Origin: Lenisia limosa
Taxonomy: Eukaryota; Protista; Breviatea
Reading direction: 5' to 3'
Length of the DNA stretch: 64,000 nucleotides
Assembly (NCBI GenBank): GCA_001655205.1
Contig: LPNZ01009518.1
Coordinates: 1 to 64,000, forward strand
The position numbers and the translations under genes are program-made. This document shows positions 50,744 through 64,000 of the stretch, piece after piece. The number at the start of each line of letters is the position of its first letter. Within the stretch, counting starts at the first letter, position 1. The notes beneath the pieces are model-generated. The model had not been told where the DNA came from. It saw only the letters and a list, made by a program, of their open reading frames with translations, and made no database searches.

Positions 50744-53700
50744 ATGGTGGATGATGATGTAGTTGTTGCAGTTCAATTGCAGGGTGGTTGTAGTCTTTAG
50801 CACATTTATTAGGACATAGAACAAGCTCATGGCCTGAGATCTGAGTGATCATTGTCACCCCCTTTAGAAGTGTTCTTCCTGGTGTACTCATTTCTACGAC
50901 ACAGCTCCTGTCAGAAGGCTGCAGATGCGCTGGCTCTTGAACTCGATAGGTTTGTGGCTGATTCAATTTCGAAGTATGTCGCTGGATATGGGGATACAGT
51001 TGAGGACCTTTCTTAACCTCGCAGCCATGGTCTTCTGCCACACCTGCATAACTGGCTGGGAGAGTCAAGAGCACGCACAGTTGATGAAATGGTTTGTTCC
51101 ATCCGGTCCTTACTTTTCAGAAAGAGTTCACGGGGGAGCTGCCTGCAGATTTCCTTCCCTCAATACTGGGCAAGCTACTTCATGCTCACTCCAACTCTCT
51201 TGAAGAAAGTTTGACACCCTTGCTGTTCTTACGGGTCAGATTTGGAGATCACTTCTTTATTTGGAAGGGGGCGAGCTGGTCTTCTTGGCGCCCACAAAGA
51301 CATTTCGTTAAAGTGAGAATTTGCCATTTTTACTCCTCTATTGCTTGGTTGACTCCACAGACCCGTGCTTCCTAAAGGCAATTACGCGACATACTCAAGA
51401 GATTCGCGACTTTTCAACTACACAAGTCCACATTCCGTGACAAACTACTCCAACTCCTACCATACATGTAAGCATTGGATGGTAGAGGACTGACTTACCA
51501 AATCAGCGCGGATGTTGTCCATTCGAGAGACCATCAATAAACTTCTGGTACCCGATCCGGTGGTCTTTGTGAAAACTCTCCAACCGGTATGCCATCCAGA
51601 CTTCTCACATCTAGGCACGTGTCTTACAACTGCACTCGCAATCCATTGTGTTTATGATTTCGGACTCCACTGGAGATCGCATCATCACGGTAATTCCGCA
51701 CAAGATCTGACCTCCAGGCTGCGGACGACGGTTACATTCGCATTTGGAGTGTGGCTTCGTGTCATCTCCTCCATACCTTAATTGGACACAACGTTTGCTT
51801 CTTTTTCCAGTCTCATTTCCTAGAATTTTGTGATTGATATGTGCATTTCTCCAGATGACAAATACCTCATTTCTTCTGGAAACAACAAAGTAGGCAATCA
51901 TCGCGATATGCCTGGTGTTATTTTTACTCATTTTCAGGACATGATTATCTGGGACCTTACAACCGGTGAACTTGTCAAAAAGTACACTTTCGGTGAGATG
52001 GAGTTATCACCTCCCTTCTTCAATTATAATTCCAACTATCTTACGGCTTCGGCCAGATAATTCCAACTATCTCACGGCTTCGGCCAGNNNNNNNNNNNNN
52101 NNNNNNNNNNNNNNNNNNNNNNNNNNNNNNNNNNNNNNNNNNNNNATATATGTAAATATATATTATCTTACTTTTCAAGATAAGGTTATCAATTCCCTGA
52201 TGTTCCACCCATTGTCGAAAAGCCTCATCATCACCACGGCGTGTTCTGATGGTAAAGTCAGGTTTGTGAAAGAGTCTTATCAGCGAGTACAGATTGAGCA
52301 CCATGAAAGCAAAGAATCTGTGATTTACAGTTTAGACTCTATCACTTTAGTTCTTCTCGCGGATGGCCGGATCATGTGGGTGGAGCTGATGAATAACCTG
52401 TGTCATAATATCGCACTAATCCTTTCATAGCCCAATGCAACCTTTGGTCCGGACCCTAACTCAAGCTATCTCCCGGCCGCTACATTAACTCTTTTCTCCT
52501 CTGGTGGAGAATTTGTCGTGTGTGGCTTTGAAGACAACCAGAGTAAGAGCTGTGTCTTCCTCACTATTCAGTCAAATTCTATCGAACTGATGATCTTCTA
52601 TCCTCTCGACCGGTTGCGCTTTCCTTAAGGTTTTTTGCTGCTTGTTGTGCTCTTTAAATCTCCTATGATATCATATGCATCTGTAGTATAGTATTATACC
52701 TTACGATATGATATGATATGATATACTATTGTATTTCTTACACCACAGGTCAGGACAGGCGAACGCCCTCAGTACCGCCAAGCCCGTGGCAACTTTGGGG
52801 CGACGGCTGGCTGGCACTCTCAATCTTCCAAGACACGTTTGCTTTGGTGCACTGATAATGTAACGACTCTGTAGAAAATGAAGAACCTCGAGCTGAACTT
52901 CATCACCCTTGAAGATTTCATTGTCATTTCAGCGTAAGGCGTCCAAGGGATGTCACAGTGTAGCACCTCAGATATGACTGTTCGTTGGTGGTCTGTTTTG
53001 CCGAAAATGAATTCAGAGCATTTTGAAGAAGGTATAGAACCAGTTAATTAGGAGGATAACACTTTAGTTATGCAAAACGTGACATCTATTGTTTTACTTC
53101 CCGACCTTGGTGTGATCCTCATGCTAAATGATAGGAAACGATTGGATCTCTATTCCTTGACTGAAAAACAAATTATCCACTCAGCTGATGCCTTTGCTTC
53201 TATCGTGGGCCTTTTGAGACTTTTTATTGTTTACTCACAAGGCTGATGAACCAAATGAAGATGATCCGATCCTTGTCAGTTCTTCCAACCAATTCCCAAC
53301 CATTTTCCTTGTTGCTACCTCCGTCTCTGTTAGTTCTCAAGGTCCATCCTCCGTTCACAATATAGGTCACTTTTTGGCAAACAATTCCACTCAAGCGCCT
53401 TCACATTATTTCCCTTTTGGAGGTAATGTTCAATCGATTTCAACTTTGATCTTTCAGATTGGTGGAGAACAGTTCATGGTGGAACAGATTATTTGGCTCG
53501 ATGATGGGACTATATGGATTGCTGGAAACGCGGGCAGGTGTATCATTATTCAGCATGGTGGTATTGACGGTATGGGAACAGTGGGTCAGTTTGTATTGTG
53601 CTAAGGGCTTTACTTCGTTCGAAAAAGACCGATAAACTATCAACAGTTTTCGAAGATTTATCGAGACATTCAGTCTTTTTTTGAACCGAAGTGAAGCCCC

Positions 53701-56700
53701 AATTGTGCTGTGTAACCCTTTTCGTTGTCAGTTCGGAAACTCTATTTTGTATTCTCACACCTTTAGCCCTGAAAATGAAGACCCCCGAGTTCCAGTCGTT
53801 CACACGTGACTTCTATGATATAGCTTCGACAGAGAACGGCAACATTCACTTTGTTGTCAACGGGGTAGGGCCTGATCTATTCGGTCACCATTCCCAGGAG
53901 GTAACTGCGGATGTCAGCCCGGGTTTGCTTTGTGATCAAAACCGGATACCTTATCCTGCAGAGTATCAAATACCCCCGAAACGTAAGCGTTGTGAACAGT
54001 TTGGGATAGATGTGTGCTCAGAGTAAAACAATGGAGTTGTCTTGCAATAGCAGTATCCAGTTCAGCCGGAACCTTTTATAATTCTCAATTTACACTATCA
54101 TATTGTTTCAATTCCTTTATGCAGTTCCGACCCCGCCGAGCAACTACCGTTCAGACTGTGACGGTCTGGTCAGTAGGACGGCGGCACGTGAGCAGCTGGT
54201 CTGGGCCAAGGTGAGCAGCATCGTCGTTGTGTTGACGCTCCAGTTGGAAAACAGCATTCCTCATGACGCTCCTCGCGGGCCTCCACCCAAAAGAGTAGGT
54301 TGAGAGCCAGACTTAAATGTATATATTAGTATCATATATTAGTATATGATATGATTTTTTTTTGTATGGCTTTTAGACATACCCCCATGGCGTATGTGCA
54401 AGTACATACATTATATTATTATATTATATACATTTGAAACTATGCCTTGACATACCATACATACCCAATATGGCGTATATACATAGAGAAGTATATACTA
54501 TATATATTTATATATGATATCATGATATCATAATATATGACAACACCCCTTACCAAGTAGTCCCGAGTGCGAGCTATTATGCCCCCGTCCGAGCCCGTGT
54601 ACTTGTCTGACCCCGAGAGTGATCTTGTTGACTACGTGTAAGTCTTTGTCCCTCCTGACAAAGTAGAAACTCTGGAAGCGACAAGGAATTCGTTGAGCAG
54701 AGAAATGATGAGAATTCTCCTGAGACTCTTTTCAAACAGGTTAGCTCACTCAAGTATTCAAATCTTGTCATCTTGTCAAAAAAAAATGCTGAGTTTACAA
54801 AAACAGAAGAACAAAAGGCGGCAACGTGCATTGGAGCGAGCGGCCCGGCGGACTAATCGTGACAACGCTGAACACATCAAAAGGAGACAGTGGGTACCAC
54901 CAGTCTGTTTACGGGTTTAGGCGCAATCGAGCGATGCATGAAGGAACGGAGGTTTGTGTTCTTACTTTATCATTGTGTTGATAAAGCCATTTATTATTGA
55001 CAATTTCTACGTGTTGTAATATTTAGGACAAGGAAGAACTTTTACCCCCGCCATCATGGGTAATGTCTCGAAGACCCCATTTTATGGTTTGTCCATTTAT
55101 TTCGTCCATTTACGTTTAGACTTTTGTTCCCCAAACTTGCGATGAAATGGTTTACTTCTCTGAAAGCCACTCAAAATACCAAAAGTACTTCATGAATGAC
55201 CTCCCAGTTGGTTCCTTTCTCTCTAACGTAGTAGAAACTGCCCTATGAGCCTTTTAGAGACCCAAACTGCCCCCCGATTCTTCATGTTAAAGTCTCAGCT
55301 ATCAACTACCACATCCACCTTGGTGAAAACTCCTCTTTTGTCTCACCCTTTAGGCCTTGTGTTTTGTGAAGTCTCCGTTGCGGTCGTTCAAGACTCGGAT
55401 CTTGTTGTATGAGCTCGCTCAGCATTTCACTTTTTAGGTTTTCGACCCATATCTTCTCCAAGAGCAATCCTTCCTTGTAAGTTGTCCTTTGGAATTGCCC
55501 TGACATTCAGCTCCATTATCACGGCAACTCAGTAGCAGACTTCTTAATGCTTGGTGAAACATTTGAAACAATCACCGCCAGAGAGCTGCAACCGAGGTTA
55601 GTCCACTTCGTAGTAACGAGATAGGCAAACGGTTCGTGCGTTCTTCGGAAACCTCCAAGAAGATGAGGTGCTTGATATCACCAAAGATGTAGAAGTAAGT
55701 GTGATTATATTGTCACATCTTTAGCCTGGGCTGGATGGACAGTGGTATGAGGGCCATGCGGAGATGACAACAAAAGACCCCACGAAAGAAGTCACTATCC
55801 TCTGGTACGCTCTTCTTCAATGTTGCTTATGGCTGTAGGGACAACAATGAAACAGACGATTTGCTTGGCTGGGAGTTTTCGCCAACTGACGTCCCTTCTC
55901 TTTTCATTAAAACAAACAAGGTAATCTCCTGGGTAACCCAAAGGATCAATGTGACCTTCCAGGATCTTGAGTCTATTATCGAAGACTATCCACACGGTGC
56001 TCCAAATGATCTCAAAAAAGACCCAAATATCCAAACCCTCGAAAAATACTCTCCCTTTGTTTTAGAGGTATTGAAAACCCCTCTACTTATGGATTAGAAA
56101 AACACCATGTCACTTGAATTTGTGAAACAAGCTCTTTTAGTAATCAATGGCAAGCTGCAAGAAGCTGGGGAAGACAACCAGGAATCTTTACTAGGGCTGG
56201 TACGTCCAACTCTTGCCACTTACCTTTTTAGTTTGTTCATCCTGCTTGGACTGAAATTCCTGGATATTGCGAAAAGGTATCTTTCACGGACAGCTGGTTC
56301 ACGACCTAGATTCCACACCCAATGGATTTGACAACGCTCCGAGACAGACTGCTCTTTGGACATTACAGGCATTTCAATGTAGGAGAGCCTATTTGGAGCG
56401 GTGTATTTGACTTTTAGGCTTTGATCGAAGATCTTCTGCTGGTAGTACAAAACTCAGTGGCTTTTAATGGGGAGGAGGATGATATTACCAATGAGGCTCG
56501 AACATTGTGTGATTATCTTGACCGGTCATTACGAGGTTTGAAATATTAGTCCTCACACTCAGCACTGTATATGGAGTACAAGGATAACCTTCCGCGATAC
56601 GTCCCTTCGCTCGAAGTCTTGGTAGGCACCTGTTCTGATGGTGGAGAGGCAAATTCTGACAGTGCTATCAGATATAATAATTTGATATGATAATCAAGCT

Positions 56701-58493
56701 GGAAAATAGCTTTACAGATTCATTGTATTGGGTGAAATGACAGTAGCATTTGATATCACCATTGTGTTGTGAAGATTGACTCTTTAGGCTCTCCCTGATG
56801 ATCCGTTCCTCCATCGTCTCCAGGACCCCCTTAGTAGGCGGGTTTGGCTTTTGTGAATCGGCATCACTTCTCTAATGTCATCAGAATCCACGAGGACACG
56901 CCAGCGCAGCGCCATTCCAGCATTCAACTTCGATTCAAGCGGTAGGTTGTCTTTTGTTATCACGCATTAGGGTCCGAAGATGAAGAAGAGGAAGAGGAAG
57001 AGGAAATGGTGGAAGAAGAGGAGGAAGAAGAAGTAAGCCCACTATTTTATCACCAATTTAGACCCCCGCTGCGGTCCTCCCCGATGTTGGTCCTTTGCGG
57101 CGCCGTACACGTTCTTTGACTCTACCTTCATGTGAGTTTCAACTCTGGAACTCATAATCCTCCATTAACCCTCGATGGCAAGCTAGTTTTCTCTATTTCT
57201 GACCTTGCAGTGTCGGCTCAACGGCAACCCTCAGTACCCGATGTGACTGAACCGGCAAAGAGGTGGGGACTGTTCATTTTTTCTGTGGGCTGGGTTCATT
57301 AGGTACGCATTTACTGGTAAAATATCGATAGTTTTATAGGATTTTTAGAGAAATTCAGTCTTTTTTCTAACCGAAGTTAAGCCCTATTCATATTTAAGTT
57401 TTTATTCCACTTTTACCACCAAGGTCAAGACGTGAAAAACGGGTAATTGTGGAAGTATCAGATGACGAACTAAGCGAGTCCGACAGTGAAGTTCTTCCCG
57501 TTTCCAAAAAGAGGCCGCCAGTGGACGTACCGCCAATTGAGAAGCCCAGCCACGCCACAATCCAAACCAGGTCGAGCCGACGGCAAGAACCGTCCCGCGT
57601 GGCCTCCTTGCACAGCCCTACCAACGTCAAGATCACGCCTGTCCGAAGCCCCTCGCCTGTGCTGTCTGAGCTTGATGAAGCGGAATTTGACTCCAACTTC
57701 TCTAGCGATAACGAGGTCAAAGAAGATGCGTCTGGCTCGGACAGCGACAACAGTGGCCCGGCTAGCCCTGTTGTGTCCGACGGAAGTGATTATGTCACAA
57801 AACGCCCGAGTAAGCGAACGTTAGAAGCCCCGCGGACCCTGCGGTCGCGTACCCGGAACCGACGCTACAATTCGCCATTTGAGCCAGTCAGGCTCAACCC
57901 CTCACCCATTGAGATGGATACCCCTCTTCAGCCCTCTGTACTCCTACCGTCCACGCCATCCATTCCCAGCTCGAGCACCAAACCCTCAGTTAGCCTCATT
58001 CTGTCCCAACCGTCAACTACTGCCGAACAGTTCCCCTCCCCCTCCTCCGTCTCTTACATCACGCTTGAAGACCCTCCGGCACCTGAAGAACCTGGTTTGC
58101 GGAGGGCCAGCTTTATGACAGCACTAATGAGATGGCTTTGGCACAGTATGATTGGTTTTATGGGTTTGGCTGACGGTTCAGGTCCTCGTGAACTGAAAAA
58201 AATGACGCTCAAACTCAAGGTATGAACGCAGTGATATTTTCATTCCCGTAGGACCCGCGGTCAAAAACAAGGAAATATGGTAAGGTCCTTTTCTCAAAGG
58301 GGATATGCATTAATTGGTGCAATCATTCATCCTCAAAAAAAAGGTCATCCTGTAATATCTTGTAGTAGATTATATCTTGTATTTACCAGTAGGCCATCAC
58401 CAGCTTCGACCGCGGCGCTCCCGACGGCATTCAATTCCTGAGGAAGGTTTGTGTCGAGGGGGTGATTGTGATTCTATGTCCATCACCATGTAG
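50744..58493 (+). CDS. BRWD: Bromodomain and WD-repeat protein (BRWD/PHIP family)
   Basis: N-terminal EVFFLVYSFLRHSSCQKAADALALEL...LLPHLHNWLGE; WD40 DSTGDRIITAADDGYIRIWS...LIGHN; FVPQTCDEMVYFSESH motif; bromodomain IPGYC...HPMDLTTLRDRLLFGHY...NSVAFNGEED; long Ser/Pro/acidic tail. Confidence 0.9.
52026..52087. repeat. 31-bp tandem repeat x2 abutting an N gap
   Basis: ATAATTCCAACTATCT(T/C)ACGGCTTCGGCCAG occurs twice and is followed directly by Ns. Confidence 0.8.
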
Positions 58494-58624
58494 ATGTAGA
58501 TGAGAGTGGTTCGGATTACAGGCCAGCCACCAGGCACAACACAAGGAGAAGCGGCCGATTGTGATAGTATTTAATGTATTATTATTGTGAAACAGGGAAA
58601 AGGAAACAAGGGGAAACATAGGAA

Positions 58625-60833
58625 TTACTGCATGAGCTGGGTGAGTTTAGAAACTCTTTCAAATTCTTCTTTACCGTAGTGTTCCTTGACCTAAAGTATG
58701 AATATAAATGCTAGTAATGATATTTGCAAGTTGCAATCACTTGTCAGCCCACTTTGTCAGTGCTCTCCAGCTTCGAGTGAGTAACGCCTTCGTCCTTAGC
58801 GACCAAAATCAAGTTATCAGCAACGTAGCCGTTTTCAGGAAGCCTAGACTGTCAGCAGGATCGAAGGCCTACCAAGGCACTAGTTGCAGGGCGGTGGAGG
58901 ACTTCGACAGCACAGATGAGCCGCCGTACACATCTTCGACAAGCGACGAGACTTGGTCAAGGGTTACAGTCAGTGGCCCCAATCTACACGTCAGTCGTCT
59001 TCCATATCACCAACTTCTCAGCTGCTACCACTTGGCTCAGACGATTGTGAAGCTTTTTGTAGAACTGCGTGCGGACCTTCGGGGGGGAGGTTTTGATACC
59101 CTTGGGGTTGTCTACATCATTAGTATCATGTTAGTCCCCTTTCACATGCACCAAAAGCTAAAACACGCAGGAATACCTCACCAGATAAGGTGGCGATAGC
59201 GTACGCGGCGGCCGCATTACCCCAGCTTGCGGGGGAACAGGCTAAATTGTCAGCTGGGCGAACCAAACAATCAGGCTATTTTGATTTTGAAGTATGGGTT
59301 CTGTCAAGAGTCTGCTTCACCTTCTGTGATTCTTGCCACGCGGCCTCACCGTAAACAGGGACGACGCCGATTCTGAAGCGGTGCTTCCGCGCATCCGAGT
59401 CCTGGTCAGCGTTGTTTAGCGCCTCGATCTCGTCCGAAGACGGCGCAATCATGGCCTTGTACGGCACTAGACAGTGTCATTGAGGGAACTTTTCGTACCT
59501 TGTGAGCCACAAACAACCATGGGGTTGGCCTTGGAGCCTGCTTTGCGGAGGTTGCGACGGATGGCAGCTGCAAGAGGATCCTCTGTAGTGGTAAACAGAA
59601 AACTTATGAAACAAAACGAACAACTCAAAGTCAGCTCTGTTGGTAAAACATTTGACAAACACACGAGGGTTAAAAACAACAAAACTAGGGATAATAATTC
59701 TTCTGCAATGTATTACAAAGTAGCAAGAGCAAGGGGGAAGAAACAAGTGTCTCACTTTGGGTACTTCCAAGGGGAATGATCTCAACCGTGGTAGGGTCAA
59801 TGCGGCCTCCTGAAACTGTTCAGACCTGGCACATCCAAATGTCCAAAAAATAATTGAATTTCATAAAAAAAATTCATTTTTATCACTCATATATCACTCC
59901 TATCACAATCATGAGTGTTTCTGACCTATGATAGTAGAATCCCAGCTCACCAGCACCCATAGAAGATATCATTGGAATTTTGCGTTCATGGCAGGTCTTA
60001 ATGAGGGACACCTGCGAGTAAGCAGAACCACAGATTGGCACTTACCTTAGTGGGGGTGTTATCGATGCAGTCGACAACGAAGTCGACGTCTGAGCTGTCA
60101 CAAACAATGCAACATTATCAACTTCGTACCTTTAAGAATACTATCAAGTGTTTCTTGAGACATCATCATTTCAAGAGCCTCAACTGAGCAACGAGGGGAA
60201 ATGCGCGAAAAGTGTTCCTTCATGGCAACAACTACGACATTACACCATCAGAGCCCTACCCTTCTTCTTGCCAACGTCTTCCCAGGTAGCCACGGCATGT
60301 CTATAAAATAAGAATGTGAACTACATCCTGCCCACGAAAGCAAGATCCAGTTCAAGAGAGAAGAGGAGAAACAACCAACCTGTTGAGTGACGACACAGTG
60401 ACATCGTCGAAATCAACGAGTTTGAGGTTTTGAAGTCCGCTTCTAACAAGCATGGAGGCACAATGCGACCCTGATAAGTCACTCGAACTATTTGTACACC
60501 TATATTCCATTTGGCCCTGAAACCTCTCTAAATAATTCCCAATAATATCTCTCCACTCATGACCCGCCAACCAACTCCGCCACATCCAATGATTGCAACC
60601 TTTTTGCCGTTGAACTTCTCAAATCCTAAATCGGTAAAACACCTGACAAGAAAGACCAAGGAAATATCCAGCAAAATCTCAATATTCTGACCTGAAGCTG
60701 ATAAAAGAGCAGAAGTGCGGGTGAATTGCTCGTTGTACTCCTCATCAGTCAAAACTTTGATGGCGTCATCAGCTCTGGCCTTTTTGGCAGGAGGGCTTGG
60801 AGGTGGAGTGGCGTCTGTCTTCAGGGGACTCAT
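58625..60833 (-). CDS. TCD: ThiF/E1-like tRNA threonylcarbamoyladenosine dehydratase (TcdA/TCD1-like)
   Basis: Contains EQFTRT; KVAIIGCGGVGSHCASMLVRSGLQNLKLVDFDDVTVSSLNRHAVAT; DFVVDCIDN; KIPMISSMGAG; EDPLAAAIRRNLRK; and a eukaryotic-type C-terminal extension (DQVSSLVEDVYGGSS...NLILV). Confidence 0.9.
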
Positions 60834-61063
60834 TTTTCGCTAATCTCTAATAGAAACACTTGCTGAATCAAGTATATTCAATCAGGCTGAAGGCTGAAAG
60901 GGCAGGGCTGGAGGGCGGGAATTTTCCAAGTTAAAAATAAATATAACCTGGGACGGTAATTGGTATGCTTTAGGCTCTGGTGGGTTTTGGGTGTTTTTGC
61001 GGCGTGTTATTGTTGTCTTATTTGTCTTGTCGCAGTGATTATTGGACGGGAAGGTGGTGAACG

Positions 61064-64000
61064 ATGTCCGAAATTAGTTCACCAGATATCTCCGACGACG
61101 ACATCCACGCCTCTGATATATCGCTGGTAGGGTGTTTTAGACAATGTTATTTGTATCTAACAGGAGCAGTCGTCCCAGGAGGATGTTTCTGAATCAAAAG
61201 GTCGTCAAGCAGGTCGCTTCAGGTTAGGCTCAATGTGTCTTTGAACAGGATATAATTACTTTTAGCCCTATAAGATCGCGGAGTCCCTCCCCTGGTCTCT
61301 CCTCCGATGATGACCAGGTCAAGGAGGATCGAGGTTTTGATGTGTCTCCTACAGTCTCGCCATTACCATCAAGAAGAGGTATGTCTTCTCTAATTCTTTG
61401 TTTAATAGGGGGATGTTTTAATTTGATGAAAGAAACGGACAATTACAATAGTCCCTCACCTTGTCTTAGAACACATTCCTGAAAACGACGATGCTGCGTT
61501 GTCTGCGAAGCGTGAATCAGCCCCGAAACGAACACGTTCCCCCCCTCCCCTCAGTATCCTTGACAACCCCAGCAGTGAAGATGAGGACGGTTTGCCGACG
61601 TCCATCTCCACCCATCATATCCTTTGCAACCCTTTTCAGAGTGTTTGACACTTTAGATACCCTTGCTGAGCTAGAGCCTTGCGCTCCTCCAAGAAAGCCC
61701 AGATCTAGTAGAAGACAGTCTATTGACGAGGCCTATGGTGAGTGTGATGAAGATGGTTTGCATTTACTTTGCAGCAACCACGCCATCTTTGCCATCCAAC
61801 TCGACGTCATCGTACATCCCACGTCGGGTCATGTCGTCCGCCCAGGTGGCTGTGGAAGTGGGCCGGGGAGTTTTCTTGGAATAAATGGAGTGTAGCAAGT
61901 TTTGGACTTGGCCAGAGGAAAGAAAGGACTTTTTACGTTTTTCGAAGTTATCAACGTGGTATCTCTTGATTTTTCCAGGATGATGAGGAGGAGGGCGCTG
62001 GAAGCCCTGATGAAAGTTCTCAAGCTGAGACTATACAGTCACTGAAAAAGGAGCTCAGCAAAGCAAAGCAAATGGTTTGACCATCCAGGCCTTGATATAA
62101 CTCTTCAGAACCAGGTGGAAATAGCGCAGTTGGCCACGACGATCACCGAGAAAGACGCCACCATCATGAGTCTGCAGGAGCAGCTCAGAGCTAACGGAAT
62201 TGGTAGGTTTGTTTTGTCTTTGTTTATGGTTTTTAATATGAGTGAGATTGCAAAGCACAATGTTATTATAAACCCACTTGCGAGTTTACGGCAAGTCTAA
62301 TTCATAAATAGACCCTGTCGAAGCTGACGAGGCTTTGGCTCCACGTCCACCCAGTAAACAGTTTGAAGAAACGGACATCCCCGTCATGGCCATTCCAGAT
62401 GGCTCGGTTGTGATCACTGTGAGGGGCCTGTTCCATGGCAGGTGTTCAGAGTATTATTTTATGATCCTGGTAATATTCTTCATATCTCGACCATGTTGAT
62501 ATGGTTTCAGCTAAAAAATGAATAATGAAACTGTTGGATGACTAACATTGCAGCAAGCCGAACTTGATGAACTTCGTGAGAATAGCATTGCTAATGAGGA
62601 AAAAGTAGCAGTTTTGGACTCGACAATTGTCATCCTCAACTCCAACCTCAAGGAAGCGGAAAAGCGTATTCCCCCCTCAGTGGCTGCCAAGCAACTCGAG
62701 GAAAATGAAGGAAAATGGAGAAAAAAAGTGGGGATCCTTTCTAGTCCTTTTCTCCAATTGTTTAAAAAAAGTTTTCTGTGTTTACAGTTTAGTTGGATGA
62801 TGTTCAAGCTGAACTAGACATTATTATTGAGCAAGAGAGGAAGGCAGCGGAGCAGGTGAGACACTCGAATCCTAATAATCGCAGTCTATTCGCTAACTTC
62901 TCTTTTCTTACTCCTCGCCAGGCCACACGAACCGATCGTCTTCGGCTGCAGCGGCGGATGGAAAGTGAGTCAAGACTCAAGGCCGCGTTGGAGGCTGAGT
63001 TGGCGGCGCTGAAGGACGAGCTCAACACTGTCAGGGTTGGTATTGCCAGTTCCGTCTTAACGGCCTAGAGTGACCAGTTCCAACTGCGGCAGGACAATGA
63101 CGAACGCGTGGATCATTTGTCGCAGCGTTTGAAGGTTGCCACTCTTGCACACGACACTCTGGAGGAAGATCTCGAGAGAATCACCCAGGTGGGATGCTCT
63201 TTACTCTTATGTTTCTAGGATTACGAAGAGCAATTGATTGCAGCAGCGCAGAGGGTGGATATTGCCGAAGCAGCGCTAACGGAAGTCCATGCTCGTTTGG
63301 ACGACGAACGGTTTGCAATGGTAATATGAAATGATCGCATATTATGCACGGTGTCTTCGATCTGAAAAGAGTATATTTCTCAATAAATCCTCGATAAGTA
63401 TTGATATTTTATCGGTTTTTTTTGTCTTTTCGGACCATTATGAACCAGTAGACTTCATTCTGCTTCTTTTATTCCCCCCCCCCCTCATTCTGTAGGCTTG
63501 CATTTGAAGCAGCAGAAGAGACACATCTGGCGCGACACAGTGAAGATTGCCGCCTCTGGGAAGCCAGAATCGAAGTAGGCCTTGTCACCACACTCACTGG
63601 GTAGGAACACAACAAAGCAATTGATACCGAAAGGCAACAGTGGCTTGCTGAGAGAGAAAAGGCGTTTATTGAAAGGACAACTCTTCAAGAGGACCTTGAG
63701 AAAGAGAAGCGTAAGTGATTGGAGGGTCTCTTATTGTTCAGTAAGATCTGAGGATCTCGAGCGCTCTATTGGAGACAGTGAAATGGAAGCCTTGAACAAG
63801 TCCAAACAGGAAACCGTAAGTTGCACTCTCATTATTCTTACCAAAATGTTGCTACATCCCAGTGTTGAACCAAGATGAAATCATTAACTTGTTAGTTGGC
63901 CCGTGAGCGTTTAGAGGGACGAGTGATTGAGCTGAAGAAGAAGGTAAGATATAGGTCATTGGGTGAATGCCTCAAATTGTGTGTAATTGGTGCTGCTGAT
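61064..64000 (+). CDS. Coiled-coil protein with acidic/Ser-rich N-terminus (3' end beyond window)
   Basis: Starts MSEISSPDISDDD. Heptad-rich exons include QQAELDELRENSIANEEKVAVLDSTIVILNSNLKEAEK and LKAALEAELAALKDELNTVR. Confidence 0.7.

Noticed and set aside
52026-52087. 31-bp repeat as a CRISPR-like or functional array
   Set aside because: There are two adjacent copies, no spacers, and it sits at a gap edge. It is likely a minisatellite or an assembly overlap.
1-52145. Poly-G/C and poly-T runs beside N gaps (e.g. 352, 6315, 14970, 21147, 32034, 49736) as G4 or regulatory elements
   Set aside because: They mark short-read assembly breakpoints, so their true length and context are unknown.
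61553-61626. GTATCCTT and ATATCCTTT as U12 donors
   Set aside because: The first is inside an open exon (LSILDNP). The second is inside an ordinary GT-AG intron with no matching branch/AC pair.

Overview
Intron-dense eukaryotic (protist-type) genomic DNA from a gapped scaffold, apparently using the standard code. It holds about 22 tightly packed multi-exon genes with short GT-AG introns (mostly 35-80 nt). I spliced them by eye, so CDS coordinates are gene spans including introns and the ends are approximate. Recognisable genes are a FERM-C2-EF-hand protein (5' partial), an ARF GTPase, 4E-BP, IWS1/Spn1, an M20 metallohydrolase related to bacterial YgeY, SWI5, riboflavin kinase, phospholipase B-like, MMS19, a BRWD/PHIP WD40-bromodomain protein and a TcdA/TCD1-like ThiF enzyme. 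The rest are coiled-coil or unidentified genes. I saw no rRNA, tRNA, CRISPR array or autonomous transposase, and I cannot identify the organism. The most interesting items are the intron-bearing, codon-biased bacterial-type M20 gene, a 566-bp TIR element with a 4-bp TSD inside an IWS1 intron, the FERM-(C2-EF)x2 architecture, a candidate minor (AT-AC) intron, a 4E-BP with all its regulatory motifs, a TCD enzyme with an NLS-like N-terminus, and an ARF with a possible CaaX tail. No clear multi-gene novel system is evident.
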